The notes under the pieces: generated by a model | What the model was told of the DNA's origin: nothing | What the model saw: the letters and a program-made list of their open reading frames with translations, nothing else | The model's database searches: none | Part shown: one piece after another, positions 12,890 through 26,651 of the stretch | Layout of the letters: the number at the start of each line of letters is the position of its first letter | How positions within the stretch are numbered: the stretch's first letter is position 1 | NCBI GenBank assembly: GCA_964016885.1 | Contig: OZ024759.1 | Location: 20,584,001 to 20,648,000, forward strand | DNA from: Eledone cirrhosa | Lineage: Eukaryota | Direction: 5' to 3' | Length of the DNA: 64,000 nt | Position numbers and translations under genes: made by a program

Positions 12890-13240
12890 GGAGGCACATG
12901 GCTTAGTGGTTAGAGCATTGGCCTTGCAATCGAAAGGTTGTGGGTTCAATTCTCAGACCGGGTGATGTGTTGCTTCCTTGAGCAAAACACTTTATTTCAC
13001 ATTGCTCCAGTTTACTCAGCTGTAGAAATGAGATGATAGCGACTGGGGTCCATATCATTCCACTGCAAAGTGGTCGTGAAGATGCCATGGCAAAAAAAGC
13101 ACCCAGCACTCACTGTAAATGAGGTTGGCGTTAGGAAGGGCATCCAGCTGTAGAAATCAAGCCAGAATCAGTTCCCGTCCCACCCTTGCAAGCAGGGAAA
13201 AAGCGGACGTAAAATGAAATGAATGAATAAAATGAAATGA
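12890..13240 (+). mobile_element. SINE family A, short-tail subtype
   Basis: Full-length match to 6235-6623. Confidence 0.9.
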
Positions 13241-13346
13241 ATATATAATATGTAGCATTCTGAGGTAATTTGGGAGGCTAACATATATGTATATATGTAG
13301 GTATATATATCGTCATCGCCGTTTTCTATAAATATTATGTATATAA

Positions 13347-13826
13347 ATAGAATTAGAATTTAGCTTCGAGCATTGCTGTATACAGATATGTATTGGAATT
13401 TAGTATTTCTAAAGAAATACAGCATGTTTATGAATAAAAGTTTAGGAAGCCATAGCTAAATGTTTATTTATAGACATAGTGTATTTCTTTAGAAATACGC
13501 AATTCCATTACATATCTACATACAGCTATACTTGAAGCTAAATTTTAATTCTATTCTAAGTTGACCCAACTTATACAGCTTCATATGGAAATGAGATTAA
13601 TCACCTCATTTACACAGATGACAAAACTATATTCTCGCCTGTTTTCAAAGTCCTACAGTTGCAAGAGCGGAAGGGATTCAGTTTGAAATGTATCGACAAT
13701 TGTCCCCCTTGCTTCTGCTTGACACCACCAGGTGGTGATAGTTGCCTGTCTTTTTGCATAGCTATGGCTTTCTAAATGTTTATTTATAAACATACTGTAT
13801 TTCTTTCGAAATACGAAATTCTAATA
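13347..13826 (+). mobile_element. Decayed copy of the retrozyme-like element (period about 316 bp, 5' inversion, HHR core deleted)
   Basis: 13557-13640 closely matches 60702-60790; direct repeat at 13457 and 13773; 13347-13457 is an inverted copy. Confidence 0.7.
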
Positions 13827-13848
13827 TATATATATATATATATATATA

Positions 13849-14053
13849 GGTAAGTTATTCCGGGTTGAATCGGAGGTAACCACAGTAAGGTACTCAATAC
13901 ATAGCAGAGTATAAAAGTTTTAATATAGATGGGATTCTACAGGACTAGAACTGTTTCATTCTTTAGAAATCATCAGGAATCTGGCCAGATTCCTGATGAT
14001 TTCTAAAGAATGAAACAGTTCTAGTCCTGTAGAATCCCATCTATATTAAAACT
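13849..14053 (-). mobile_element. Penelope-like terminus: perfect 138-bp palindrome (13916-14053) with a hammerhead-like core in each arm, plus tail
   Basis: CTGATGA-tttc taaa gaat-GAAA-cagttctag-TC at 13993-14026; tail GTATTGAGTAC; in (TA)n; same family as 52273-52472. Confidence 0.75.
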
Positions 14054-14444
14054 ATATATATATGAAATATACATATAAGAAGTTCTCCATCTCTTTTAAC
14101 CTTTGAAAATCCTGAACCTTGTAAAACCGGTAAAGTAATGTTACTGTAATGAAAACCTTCTTAAAGACTCCAATTATATTTTCAACTTCTTCATTTGTAT
14201 GTATGTATATGTATATATGTATATGTTCATTTGTATGTATATAAATGTATATATATCACCACCCCACACTCTCAAGCGTGAAACTAAAAACCATATCATT
14301 TGTACTGCCTCTCTGTTTTTTGTTCTCTGTTCATTTATTAAACTATATATATATATTTATATATATATAAGTTGAAAAAAATGAAAACGAAATTTCATTT
14401 CTCACTCTTAGTATGGCACTTACTTAAATGTAGGCAGATGGGTA

Positions 14445-14489
14445 AACGGTGCTGATGATAGCTAACAAGCTTGAAACTAGTACATCGTT
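14445..14489 (+). ncRNA. Minimal type-I hammerhead ribozyme, fully paired
   Basis: aacggtg-CTGATGA-t agct aaca agct t-GAAA-ctag-TA-catcgtt; predicted cleavage after 14482. Confidence 0.85.
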
Positions 14490-14642
14490 CCTGTGTCAGT
14501 GTTGAACAAAAAGGTGACGTGGTTGCCTTAACACCGTATGGCATAAATTCAGGCTGTTCAGTTTGTTGACAAACGAACAAAGCGGCGTTATAATAAACGT
14601 CTGCTAAACTGATGCGTGCATATATGTATGTGTACCTGTATG

Positions 14643-14686
<44 letters not shown>

Positions 14687-14966
14687 TGCTACTGTACGTC
14701 TGTATACATATATGTATGTACGTATACATACATACTTACATTTATATATATATATATATATATACAACCCCTATTGAGTTCTCTCTGAATTTGGGTCTTT
14801 GTATTTATTATAATCTGCTAGATCAAGAGACTGTGGATCAAAAGGGTGTCTTTATCTGCTCACAACTGTATAGGCACCTAAGACCAATACTGAAGGAATA
14901 GAACACACACACTACTAAGTCATAGCCAGTTGTGAATGACAGCAGCAGTAGTATTATGTATATAGC

Positions 14967-15009
<43 letters not shown>

Positions 15010-15157
15010 GTATATATATATATATGTATATATGTATATATAGAGAGAGAGAGAGTGGGAGAAGTCAAACAACGTCAATTACACACTTTGTAAATCCTGC
15101 TACTCTTTAAGCATATATACATAGTGTTTATATACATAGTATGTGTGTGTGTGTGTG

Positions 15158-15188
<31 letters not shown>

Positions 15189-15562
15189 AAATGTGTGTGT
15201 GTGTGTGTGTACAGTGTGTTTACTTTGTCCACAAAGTTTGGCAAACATTGAGATCATTATGAAGAGACCTGGTCAAACAGGACAGCCGAATCATTGTAGG
15301 AGGAATTGATTTAAAGAGCAACTTAGCAGAGAGATATAGGGAGAGGGAGAGGGAGTGGAGTTTCAATGTGAGGGGGAGATAGACATGTGTGTGTGTGTGT
15401 GTGTGTGTGTGTATGGAAAAAATAGACGTTAAAGTGGTGATGATACATGTGTGTGTGTATGTATATATATGCATATATATATATATATGTATATATATAT
15501 ACATATATGCATATATATACATATGCATATGTATATATATATATATATACATATACATACGT

Positions 15563-15651
<89 letters not shown>

Positions 15652-15793
15652 TATGTATATATATACATACATATGCATATGTATATATATATATACATAC
15701 GTACATATATATATATACATATACATATGTACATATATATATACATATACATATGTACATATATATATATATATATATACACATATGTACATA

Positions 15794-15827
<34 letters not shown>

Positions 15828-15877
15828 CATATACATATGTACATATATATATATATATATACACATATGTACATATA

Positions 15878-15911
<34 letters not shown>

Positions 15912-16180
15912 CATATGCATATGTACATATATATATATATATATACATGTGTATACACATATGAATATATATATATAGAGAGAGAGAGAGAATGAGGGGG
16001 ATTATAGTATGATATGAAGAGGTCAACAGAGATAGGAAGAAGAAATGGTGAGGTGGAAGAAGTTGTATCAAAGACATAATGGTAAAGCCAAACAAACATC
16101 TAAGAATGCGGCAGAGCTAGTCTTTATGTTATCACGCCTAGCTAGGTTACTTCATAGAGTGGCTTAGTGGTTAAGGTGTT

Positions 16181-16950
16181 TGGTTCATGATTGTAAGGCC
16201 TTGTGTTCGATTCCTACCAACACTTTGTGTCTTTGAACTAGACACTTTATTTCATGCTGATCCAGTCAATTCAACTGGAATAAATGTTTTATACCTGTAA
16301 TATAATGGGACTGACCTTATCACACATATTTGTTGCCATATTTCTAATGAAAGACATTAAGTATGATTTTGGAATAATTTTGAAAATAATTAAGAATTTG
16401 AATGCATTTAATATTATAATTATTCTTATGATTGTTGTTATTAAACCTGATCTCTGGTTTGTGAAGTGGGTAAGTCGATTAATTCGACCTCAGTGCATTA
16501 CTGGTACTTTATTTTATTGACCCCATAAGAATGAAGCGCAAAGCTAACTTTGGTTCATAATTGTAAGGCCTTGTGTTCGATTCCTACCAACACTTTGTGT
16601 CTTTGAACTAGACACTTTATTTCATGCTGATCCAGTCCACTCAACTGGAATAAATGTTTTGTACCTGTAATATAATGGGACTGACCTTATCACACACTGT
16701 TGTTGCCATATTTCTAATATTTCTAATGAAAGACATGGAGTATGATTTTGTCATAATTTTGAAAATAATCAAGAATTTGGAAGCATTTAATAATATAATT
16801 CTTCTTCTCGTTGTTGTTATTAACCTGGTGTCTGGTTTATACACAAGGCCAACAATTTTGTGAGGTGGGTAAGTTGATTAAATTGACCCCAGTGCATTAC
16901 TGGTACTTTATTTTATTGACCCCGTAAGGATCAAAGGCAAAGTTAACCTC
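16181..16950. repeat. Tandem duplication, period about 370 bp, of a composite SINE/MITE/SINE segment
   Basis: tggttcat(g/a)attgtaaggccttgtgttcgattcctacc begins at 16181 and again at 16551. Confidence 0.85.
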
Positions 16951-17179
16951 AGTGGAATCTGAACTCAGAATGGAAGGGGCTGTAACTATATGCCACAAAT
17001 CATGTTGTCCGACACTCGACCGTTACTGCCAATTGCTGGCATTGGTAGAACATCGAATGACATTCTTTGGGGCATATAGTTACGGCCATTTATATTTTGA
17101 GTTAAAATCCCATTGAGGTTTACTTTGACTTCCATCGTTACGGGGTCGATAGAATAAAGTACCAGTTAATTACTGGTGT

Positions 17180-17660
17180 TGGTATAATCAGGCAAACCCA
17201 GCCTGTATGAGACCCAGGGGTAGACCCAAGCAAACCCAGCCTGTATGAGACCCAGGGGTAGACCCAAGCAAACCCAGCCTGTATGAGACCCAGGGGTAGA
17301 CCCAAGCAAATCCAGCCTGTATGAGACCCAGGGGTAGACCCCAAATCAGTCAATTACTGGAGTCGGTATAATCAGACAAAACCAGCCTGAATGTGACCCA
17401 GGGGTAGACCCAAGCAAAACCAGCCTGTATGAGACCCAGGGGTAGACCCTGGAGTCGGTATAATCAGACAAAACCAGCCTGTATGAGACCCAGGGGTAGA
17501 CCCAAGCAAAACCAGCCTGTATGAGACCCAGGGGTAGACCCCGAATCAGTCAATTACTGGAGTCGGGATAATCAGACAAAACCAGCCTGAATGTGACCCA
17601 GGGGTAGACCCAAGCAAAACCAGCCTGTATGAGACCCAGAAGTAGACGCCCAAGCAACTA
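17180..17660 (+). repeat. 38-bp minisatellite with higher-order units
   Basis: Unit acccagcctgtatgagacccaggggtagacccaagcaa, interleaved with ggtataatcag from the adjacent SINE B end. Confidence 0.9.
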
Positions 17661-18725
17661 TGCCTGGAGCCCACTATTGTCCAAGGCTTATTGGTGAGAA
17701 CTTGCAGGGATTTACTACGCCAGTGATTATCAACATTTTACAATTATGTATGAGGATTTCTATTTGAAGTAGAATTTTTAAAATGTTACTCCACTTGACC
17801 ATATATTGGTATTTGTTTAAATCTTTTGTCTGTTGTAACACAGGTGCAAGTTAAAAACGGGGGATGTATGATATTTTATTTCCCCCATGATTTTATAAAA
17901 TACTGTAGATTTTAAGGATATTTAATTATGGTTTCTTGAATGTGGCCTTTCAACATGAAAAGGTTCCCCACCGCTGTACTAGACCATGTGGCTTCAGTAT
18001 GTTAAGCTGACACTTGACTATTAGCTTTTCATGCTGAAGGCGTCCCAGAGTATTTTCTCCTCTTCATCATTATAGACTCAACATATTTCCTCTACTTGCA
18101 ACTGTTTACTGACTTTCTTCTGCTTTTGATAGACAAACAAAGCAAATCTTTGTCTTAGGAAATATTTTCATTTGTCAAACATTTCCAAAATCAATGTCGT
18201 TCTCTAGTTTACAATACAGCACTATTTCTCTTTCTTTCATCTCTTACTTTCTTTCATTCATCTCTTACTTTCTTTCATTCATCTCTTACTTTCTTTCATT
18301 CATCTCTTACTTTCTTTCATTCATCTCTTACTTTCTTTCATCTCATTCATCATCTTTCATTCTCTCTTTCTTTCTCTCTTTTTCTTTCTTTTTCTTTCTT
18401 TCTCTCTTTTTCTTACTTTATCTCTCTCTTTCTTTCTCACTTTATCTCTCTCTTTCTTTCTCTCTCTCTCTTTCTTTCTCTCTCTCTCTCGTTTTTTCTT
18501 TTGTTCTATATCTTTTCTTTCTCTCTCCTTTTCTTTCCTTCTTTCTATCTATCCTTCTTTCTATCTGTCATTCCATATTTCTCTCCTTCTTTCTCTCCTT
18601 CTTTCTCTCCTTTTATTTGCAATGTTTCTACAAAATGCACTTTTGTTTATCTGCTGCTTTTCTCTCTATCTCTCTCTTTTCTCTCTATCTCTCTCTTTTC
18701 TCTCTATCTCTCTCTTTTCTCTCTA

Positions 18726-18757
<32 letters not shown>

Positions 18758-18772
18758 TCTTTTCTCTCTCTT

Positions 18773-18818
<46 letters not shown>

Positions 18819-20827
18819 GTTCTCTCTCTCTCTCTCATACAATGTTTGTTCAATTCTGACTGTTTCTTTATTCAAGTGATTGGTGTGGTATTTGCATCTA
18901 TGTCCCTCCCTCGCACACACACTTATATACGTGTGTGTTTGTGTGTATATATACTCATATACATATATACGCACACACATATATATATATATAACCGTGT
19001 CTTCCAGCCATGGCTGTCCCTCCTCAAAAATGTCCCCTTTCTCTAAAATAATCCACAATATTTGCAGTGTCTGTTTACATATGTTGAATGTTTAATCTTA
19101 GCATTGTCTTCTCTGTTTGTACCTCTTTCGATTATTATCTGCTCTAACCCCCCCTTACATTACATACACGTGTGTGTGATGTGTGTGTGTATGTGTGTAT
19201 ATATATATATATATGTGTGTATGTGTGTGTGTATGTATATATATGTGTATGTATATATATGTGTGTGTGTATGTATATATGTGTGTGTATACATGTGTGT
19301 ATATGTGTATATATATGCGTGTGTATGTATGTATGTGTGCATGTGTGTGTGTATATGTATGCGTGTGTATATATATGCGTGTGTATGTATGTATAAATGT
19401 GCATATGTGTGTATATATATGTGTGTATGTATGGGTATATATATGCATGCGTGTGTATATATATGCATGCGTGTGTATATATATGCGTGTGTATATATAT
19501 ATGCGTGTGTATATATATATATATGCGTGTGTATGTATGTATATGTGTGTGTGCATATGTGTGTGTGTATGTGTATATATATGTGTGTGTATGTATGTAT
19601 ATATGTGTGTATGTATATGTGTGTGTATATTCATATATGTGTGTGTGTGTGTATGTATATATGTGTGTGATTCTCTCTGGATTAACCCCACACCTATACC
19701 CAATACACACAAACACTTTACACACACGTGTGTGTGTAAAGTGTTTGTGTGCACGTGAGGCCTCTATTAGATCTGTCAGTTTTAGTTGTTTGATGAATAG
19801 AACAACCTGCTTGTGACATTCTGTAAGAGTTTGAGCATTCCATAGGCACGTGTATCCTTAACATAGTTCTCAGGGAGACTCAGCTTAATGGAGTGTCTGA
19901 CTGCACACACACACTCTCTCTTTTTCCCTCTCTCCCTCACACACATACACACACACACTCTCTTTCCCTCTCTATTTCACACACACACACACACACATGT
20001 TGGTTCCAGTTTTTCGAAATAACTGAACAGCCTGCTGGTGAAATGAACGTGTAAGTGGCTGAGCATTCCCCTAACATGTGTACTCTTAACGCAGTTCTCA
20101 GGGAGATTCAGCAAAACAAAGTTTGTGGCAGTGCTGTCATTTCGAATCACAGTTAGGACACAACTCATGTGAAATAAAGTGTCTTGCTCATCCTTAACAT
20201 AATTCTCAGGGAGATTCAGCATGGCTCATATTTGACACAATTTATCTATATCTAATTAAGTGAATTGGATTATTATGAAATTAACTGTCTTTGTTCAAAG
20301 ACACATATGTACTTTTAACAGAATTCTCAGGGAGATTCGGTTTGACATACTGAGTGATGAGGGTTTATTGAATTACAGGTAAAAAAACAACTCATCTCTA
20401 TCCAACTTGGAGCAACAGGAAATAAAATGTCTTGCTCAAGGACACATCCAAATCTGATTCCAAATCCAGGGCGTTCTCACTCCTTCATGTCTACAGGAGT
20501 GTAACTTGTTTGTACTCACCACCTTTGGCCAATTGCAGGTTGGTGAGGCTATTTAATCCATAGTTGGGGCACATATTGGACAGTGAATGTTTAAAATATG
20601 TTGTCACTTGAGTGTAAATGTTGGTAACAGTGTTCTCATCATATTTTGAATAATTGATATCCAATTCCCATTGTGGAAGCGTTCAAACTAAGCAGAATTT
20701 TCTACACTTTACACAATTTTTGAAGCAGTAACATCATCATCATCATCATCAACAAAAAGATTGACCTGAACAAAAGCAACAAACTATTCAGTTACTATCT
20801 GTGTTGGCTAAAATGTTCATAAGCTGG

Positions 20828-22069
20828 CCAAGATAATTTCATAGAATGTAACCAAATGAGGTTTATTTTTCATCATAGTTCCCAAGATAATTTCATAGAA
20901 TGTAACCAAATGAAGTTTATTTTTCAACATAGTTCCCAAGATAATTTCATAGAATGTAACCAAATGAAGTTTATTTTTCATCATAGTTCCCAAGATAATT
21001 TCATAGAATGTAACCAAATGAGGTTTATTTTTCATCATAGTTCCCAAGATAATTTCATAGAATGTAACCAAATGAGGTTTATTTTTCATCATAGTTCCCA
21101 AGATAATTTCATAGAATGTAACCAAATGAGGTTTATTTTTCAACATAGTTCTCAAGATAATTTCATAGAATGTAACCAAATGAGGTTTATTTTTCAACAT
21201 AGTTCCCAAGATAATTTCATAGACTGTAACCAAATGAGGTTTATTTTTCATCATAGTTCCCAAGATAATTTCATAGAATGTAACCAAATGAAGTTTATTT
21301 TTCAACATAGTTCCCAAGATAATTTCATAGAATGTAACCAAATGAAGTTTATTTTTCATCATAGTTCCCAAGATAATTTCATAGAATGTAACCAAATGAG
21401 GTTTATTTTTCAACATAGTTCCCAAGATAATTTCATAGAATGTAACCAAATGAGGTTTATTTTTCATCATAGTTCCCAAGATAATTTCATAGAATGTAAC
21501 CAAATGAAGTTTATTTTTCAACATAGTTCCCAAGATAATTTCATAGAATGTAACCAAATGAGGTTTATTTTTCATCATAGTTCCCAAGATAATTTCATAG
21601 AATGTAACCAAATGAAGTTTATTTTTCAACATAGTTCCCAAGATAATTTCATAGAATGTAACCAAATGAGGTTTATTTTTCATCATAGTTCCCAAGATAA
21701 TTTCATAGAATGTAACCAAATGAAGTTTATTTTTCATCATAGTTCCCAAGATAATTTCATAGAATGTGACCAAATGAGGTTTATTTTTCATCATAGTTCC
21801 CAAGATAATTTCATAGAATGTAACCAAATGAGGTTTATTTTTCAACATAGTTCCCAAGATAATTTCATAGAATGTAACCAAATGAGGTTTATTTTTCATC
21901 ATAGTTCCCAAGATAATTTCATAGAATGTAACCAAATGAGGTTTATTTTTCATCATAGTTCCCAAGATAATTTCATAGAATGTAACCAAATGTTTATTTT
22001 TCATCATAGTTCCCAAGATAATTTCATAGAATGTGACCAAATGAGATTTATTTTTCAACATAGTTCCCA
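20828..22069. repeat. 54-bp minisatellite, about 23 copies
   Basis: ccaagataat at 20828, 20882 and onward; 18-aa periodic ORFs on both strands. Confidence 0.97.
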
Positions 22070-22155
22070 TTGCGGTCCATCGGTTGTTTCTTCGATCCCG
22101 TTGGTGAAGAATCTTTCATCTTATTGGTAAAAAAATTCATCAACAGCAGCTATGA

Positions 22156-22190
<35 letters not shown>

Positions 22191-22400
22191 CTGTGATAAT
22201 GGTTCCCAGCCAAGTTCTTTTCATGTTGGGGAATATGATAGTCAGATGGGGCCAAATCAGGAGCATAAGGAGGGTGATAAACCAATTGAAAGGTTCAGTC
22301 ATGCACAGCTGCCATTGAAACCAAGGACTTGTGTGATGGAGCATTGTCCCAATGAAACAAGACCCTTTCATACAATGGCTTCTTGATTTCAATGTACTTG
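22070..22400 (-). pseudogene. Mariner-type transposase C-terminal relic
   Basis: VLFHWDNAPSHKS, HPPYAPDLAPSDY, FPNMK and VIAAVDEFF motifs, with stops and frameshifts. Confidence 0.9.
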
Positions 22401-22449
22401 CAGCAGGTAATACTGAAAACATGACTAATTCTGTCTAATGACCATGGTA

Positions 22450-23080
22450 GGCTTTGCCTTTCATCTTCACAGAGTTGATAAAATAAAGTACCAGTTATGC
22501 ACTGGGGTTGATTTAATTGACTTTCCCTCCCCCAAAAAATTGTTGGCCTTGTGCCTAAATCAGAAAACATTATTATGGTAGTATCGATAGAGCATCGGAC
22601 ACCATGCTTTGTAGCATAGAGTTAAGTCCCTTTATGATCTGAGTTCAAATCCCGCCGCGGTTCGCTTTGCCTTTCATCCTTAGGGGGTCGATAAAATAAA
22701 ATAAAATACCAGTTATGCACTGGGGTTGATTTAATCAACTTTCTCGCTCACAAAATTGTTGGCCTTCTGCCTAAATCAGAAACCATTATCATTATTATTA
22801 TTTCTTTGACAGACTCATATTTTTCGTTTGGGGGAGGGAGGTAAGGGGTGTATGTATTGTTCCTGTTATTATTATTATTATTATTATTATAGTTAGTATT
22901 ATCGTAGGGGGGTAGATTGGCTGTATCGGTGGGGGAGGGGGTAGGCTATGCTTTGCAGCATAGTTACGTCCCTTTACGCCGAGGTTAACTTTGCCTTTCA
23001 TCCTTATGGCGTCGATAAAATGAAGTACCAGTAATACACTGGGGTAATTGCTGGCCTTGTGCCAAAAGTAGAAACAATTA
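22450..23080 (+). mobile_element. Cluster of SINE family B fragments
   Basis: Three occurrences of ctttgcctttcatc...gataaaat...accagt. Confidence 0.8.
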
Positions 23081-23595
23081 TTATAATCATTATTATTGTA
23101 ATTGGTGTTATTAGACTTTTAAATAAACATCAGATTTGGTATTAAAAAAATACATCCATGTCTTCAAATTCAGTCTTATAATAGTGATCCATTCGTGTGT
23201 ATATATACATATATATATGTTTGTATGTATGTATATATAGATGTGTGTGTATATATATATATGTTTGTAGGTGTATGTATATATATATATATATATGTGT
23301 GTATATATATGTGTGTATATATATATATGTTTGTATGTATGTATATATATATATACATATATATATATGTGTGTGTATATATATATGTTTGTAGGTGTAT
23401 ATATATATATATATATGTGTGTATATATATATATGTGTATATATGTTTGTAGGTGTATATGTGTATATATATATATATATGTGTGTGTATGTGTATATAT
23501 GTGTGTATGTGTATATATATATACGTTTGTAGGTGTATATATATATATATATGTGTGTATGTGTATATATATATATATATGTGTGTATATATATA

Positions 23596-23664
<69 letters not shown>

Positions 23665-23798
23665 GTATATATATACACACACACGTATGTATGTATAAAT
23701 GAATGACATCAAGCCAATATGAATAAATGAATTTAAATAGCATGGGTTTTATTTATATGTAGCTGGACTGACTTAAATATAGCATTATATACATGTGT

Positions 23799-23829
<31 letters not shown>

Positions 23830-23918
23830 CATATATGTATATGTGTGTGTGTGGACATGTAAGTTTGTGTATATATGTACACACGCACACACACACACAC
23901 ACACACAGATATACACAC

Positions 23919-23983
<65 letters not shown>

Positions 23984-24248
23984 TATATATATATATATAT
24001 CTATATACCTATCTATATATATATATATATACACATGTATCTATTATTTAAGTTCAGTATGAATACATGAATTTCAATAGCTGCTGTATTATACAACCTA
24101 TTTCACAGAAAAGGTATTACACTCAGATATACATATTCAGAAGCATGCAAAGACAAAAGCAGATTTCATATATATTATCATCATCATCATCCTCATTATT
24201 TTACATCTGCCTATATATATATATAATGTGTGTTTGTATGCATGTTAA

Positions 24249-24300
<52 letters not shown>

Positions 24301-24464
24301 TGTGTGTATATGTATATATATATGTGTATATGTGTATGTATATATATGTGTATGTGTATGTATGTATGTATGTATGTATGTATGTATGTATGTGTGTGTA
24401 TATGTGTATGTATATATATATATATATATATATGTGTATATGTGTATGTATATATATGTGTATG

Positions 24465-24501
<37 letters not shown>

Positions 24502-24546
24502 GTGTAGGTATATATGTATATATGTATAGGTATATATGTATATATG

Positions 24547-24583
<37 letters not shown>

Positions 24584-25081
24584 GTATATATGTATATATA
24601 TATACATACTTATATATACATACATATATATATTTACATCCCAGTAATGAATGGATGGGTAACTTCTACGCATTTCACGTGTGTTTATTGCACCGTACGT
24701 TCTGCAATGATATAGAATGGTATGGAATGTTAAAAAAAATGGCACTTGCCATTTGTATAGCTCTCTAAAAAAATCTTGCAATAGTGTGAATATATATATA
24801 TATATATACACATACACATCACACACACACACACATGCACTTCTCTGTCTCTCTCTATCTATATATATACACACATATATATGTGTGTGTGTGTGTCAGT
24901 GTGAAGAATTCATTGTTTTTTCCTCGCGTGTATATATTTTTCTTAATATATATTAACATGTTGTTACCCCTCTCATATAACTCTATCTATCTTCTTCTCG
25001 TTTAGTCTCTCTGTCTCTCTCTTTCTCTCTTTCTCTCTCTGTATATGTGTGTATATATATATATATATACGTGTGTGTGTA

Positions 25082-25119
<38 letters not shown>

Positions 25120-25223
25120 CAGCTATACGTGTTTTATGTATTATCAACTTTGTTTTACCTGCATTCAAGGATGGTGATTATGTAATATATATTCACAAAC
25201 ACACATATATGTGTATATATATA

Positions 25224-25261
<38 letters not shown>

Positions 25262-25411
25262 CACGCATATATACAGATATATAAATGTATGAATATGTAT
25301 ATTTATATATGTATATGTATGTATGTATGTATGTATGTGTATGAATGTATGTATATATATATATATATATGTATGTATATGTATGAATGTATGTATATAT
25401 ATGTATGAATG

Positions 25412-25464
<53 letters not shown>

Positions 25465-25791
25465 TTTTAAACCTGGAGAACAATCGTTGACAGCTGAGTT
25501 GGTTCCGAGTCTGTAGAAATGGAAAGCAGCGGCCATGTTGACTCTCTTTCTTTCCTGTTTATTAATGATGTAAGATCTGCTGGAACTGCCATTATTTTAA
25601 AATTATTCCTTCGTATCTTACGATGAAATCTGAAGACAAATAAGCAAGCCTGGCATAGAAATGTAGAGATTCTTACACTCATAAGTATGTGTATATATAT
25701 ATATTTATTTATATATATATATGTATATATATTTATGTATATATATATGTGTATGTATATTTGTATATATTTATGTATAAATATATACAAA

Positions 25792-26130
25792 GGAGGCACA
25801 TGGCTTAGTGGCTAGAGCATCGGGCTTGCAATCGAAAGGTTGTGAGTTCAATTCTCAGACCGGGTGATGTGTTATGTCCTTGAGCAAGACACTTTATTTC
25901 ACGTTGCTCCAGTTTACTCAGCTGTAGAAATGAGATGATAGGGACTGGGGTCCCTATCATTCCACTGCAAAGTGGTCGTGGAGGTGCCATGGCAGAAAAG
26001 CACCCAGCACTCACTGTAAATGAGGTTGGTGTTATGAAGGGTATCCAGCTGTAGAAATCAAGCCAGAATCAGTTCCCGTCCCACCCTTGCAAGCAGGGAA
26101 AAGTGGACGTAAAATGATGATGATGATGAT
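25792..26130 (+). mobile_element. SINE family A, short-tail subtype
   Basis: Full-length match to 6235-6623. Confidence 0.9.
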
Positions 26131-26620
26131 GTATATATATATATGTGTGTGTGTATATTTATGTATATATTTATATATATATATATTTATGTATATATAT
26201 ATTTATATATATATATATGCGTGTGTCTATTCATATTTATACATGTGTATATGTATAAATATATGTATTTGATATGTATATACATATGAATGCGTGTCTG
26301 TGTGTATGTATACATACATGTGTATATTTATGTATCAATATATAGATATATATATAGGAACGAGTAGGACCCCGACGGCTGAGCTCAAGCCGTTTCGACG
26401 GCTAAAGTTGATATTCAAATAAATTAGTCAATTGCATAAGTACATGTATGTGTGTGCGTGCTTGCATATATATATATATTCATACATGAATATATAAACA
26501 TATATATACATACACACACACATATATATATATGTGTGTATGTGTATATATGTTTGTACTTATGCAATTGACTAATTTATTTGAATATGAACTTACATAC
26601 ATAAACACATACTGACACAT

Positions 26621-26651
<31 letters not shown>

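Noticed and set aside
20828-22069. Hammerhead-like ATGATGA...GAAA in the minus strand of the 54-bp unit
   Set aside because: Core C3 is missing and stems I and II do not pair.
24660-24720. Further very degenerate hammerhead-like halves (also near 2680, 8860, 14110, 55320, 55450)
   Set aside because: Only one half of the core is recognisable, so they cannot be separated from chance by eye.
25467-25690. Unique island with an open minus frame and an acceptor-like ttcag
   Set aside because: No recognisable protein motif and a weak donor; may be a transposon end.
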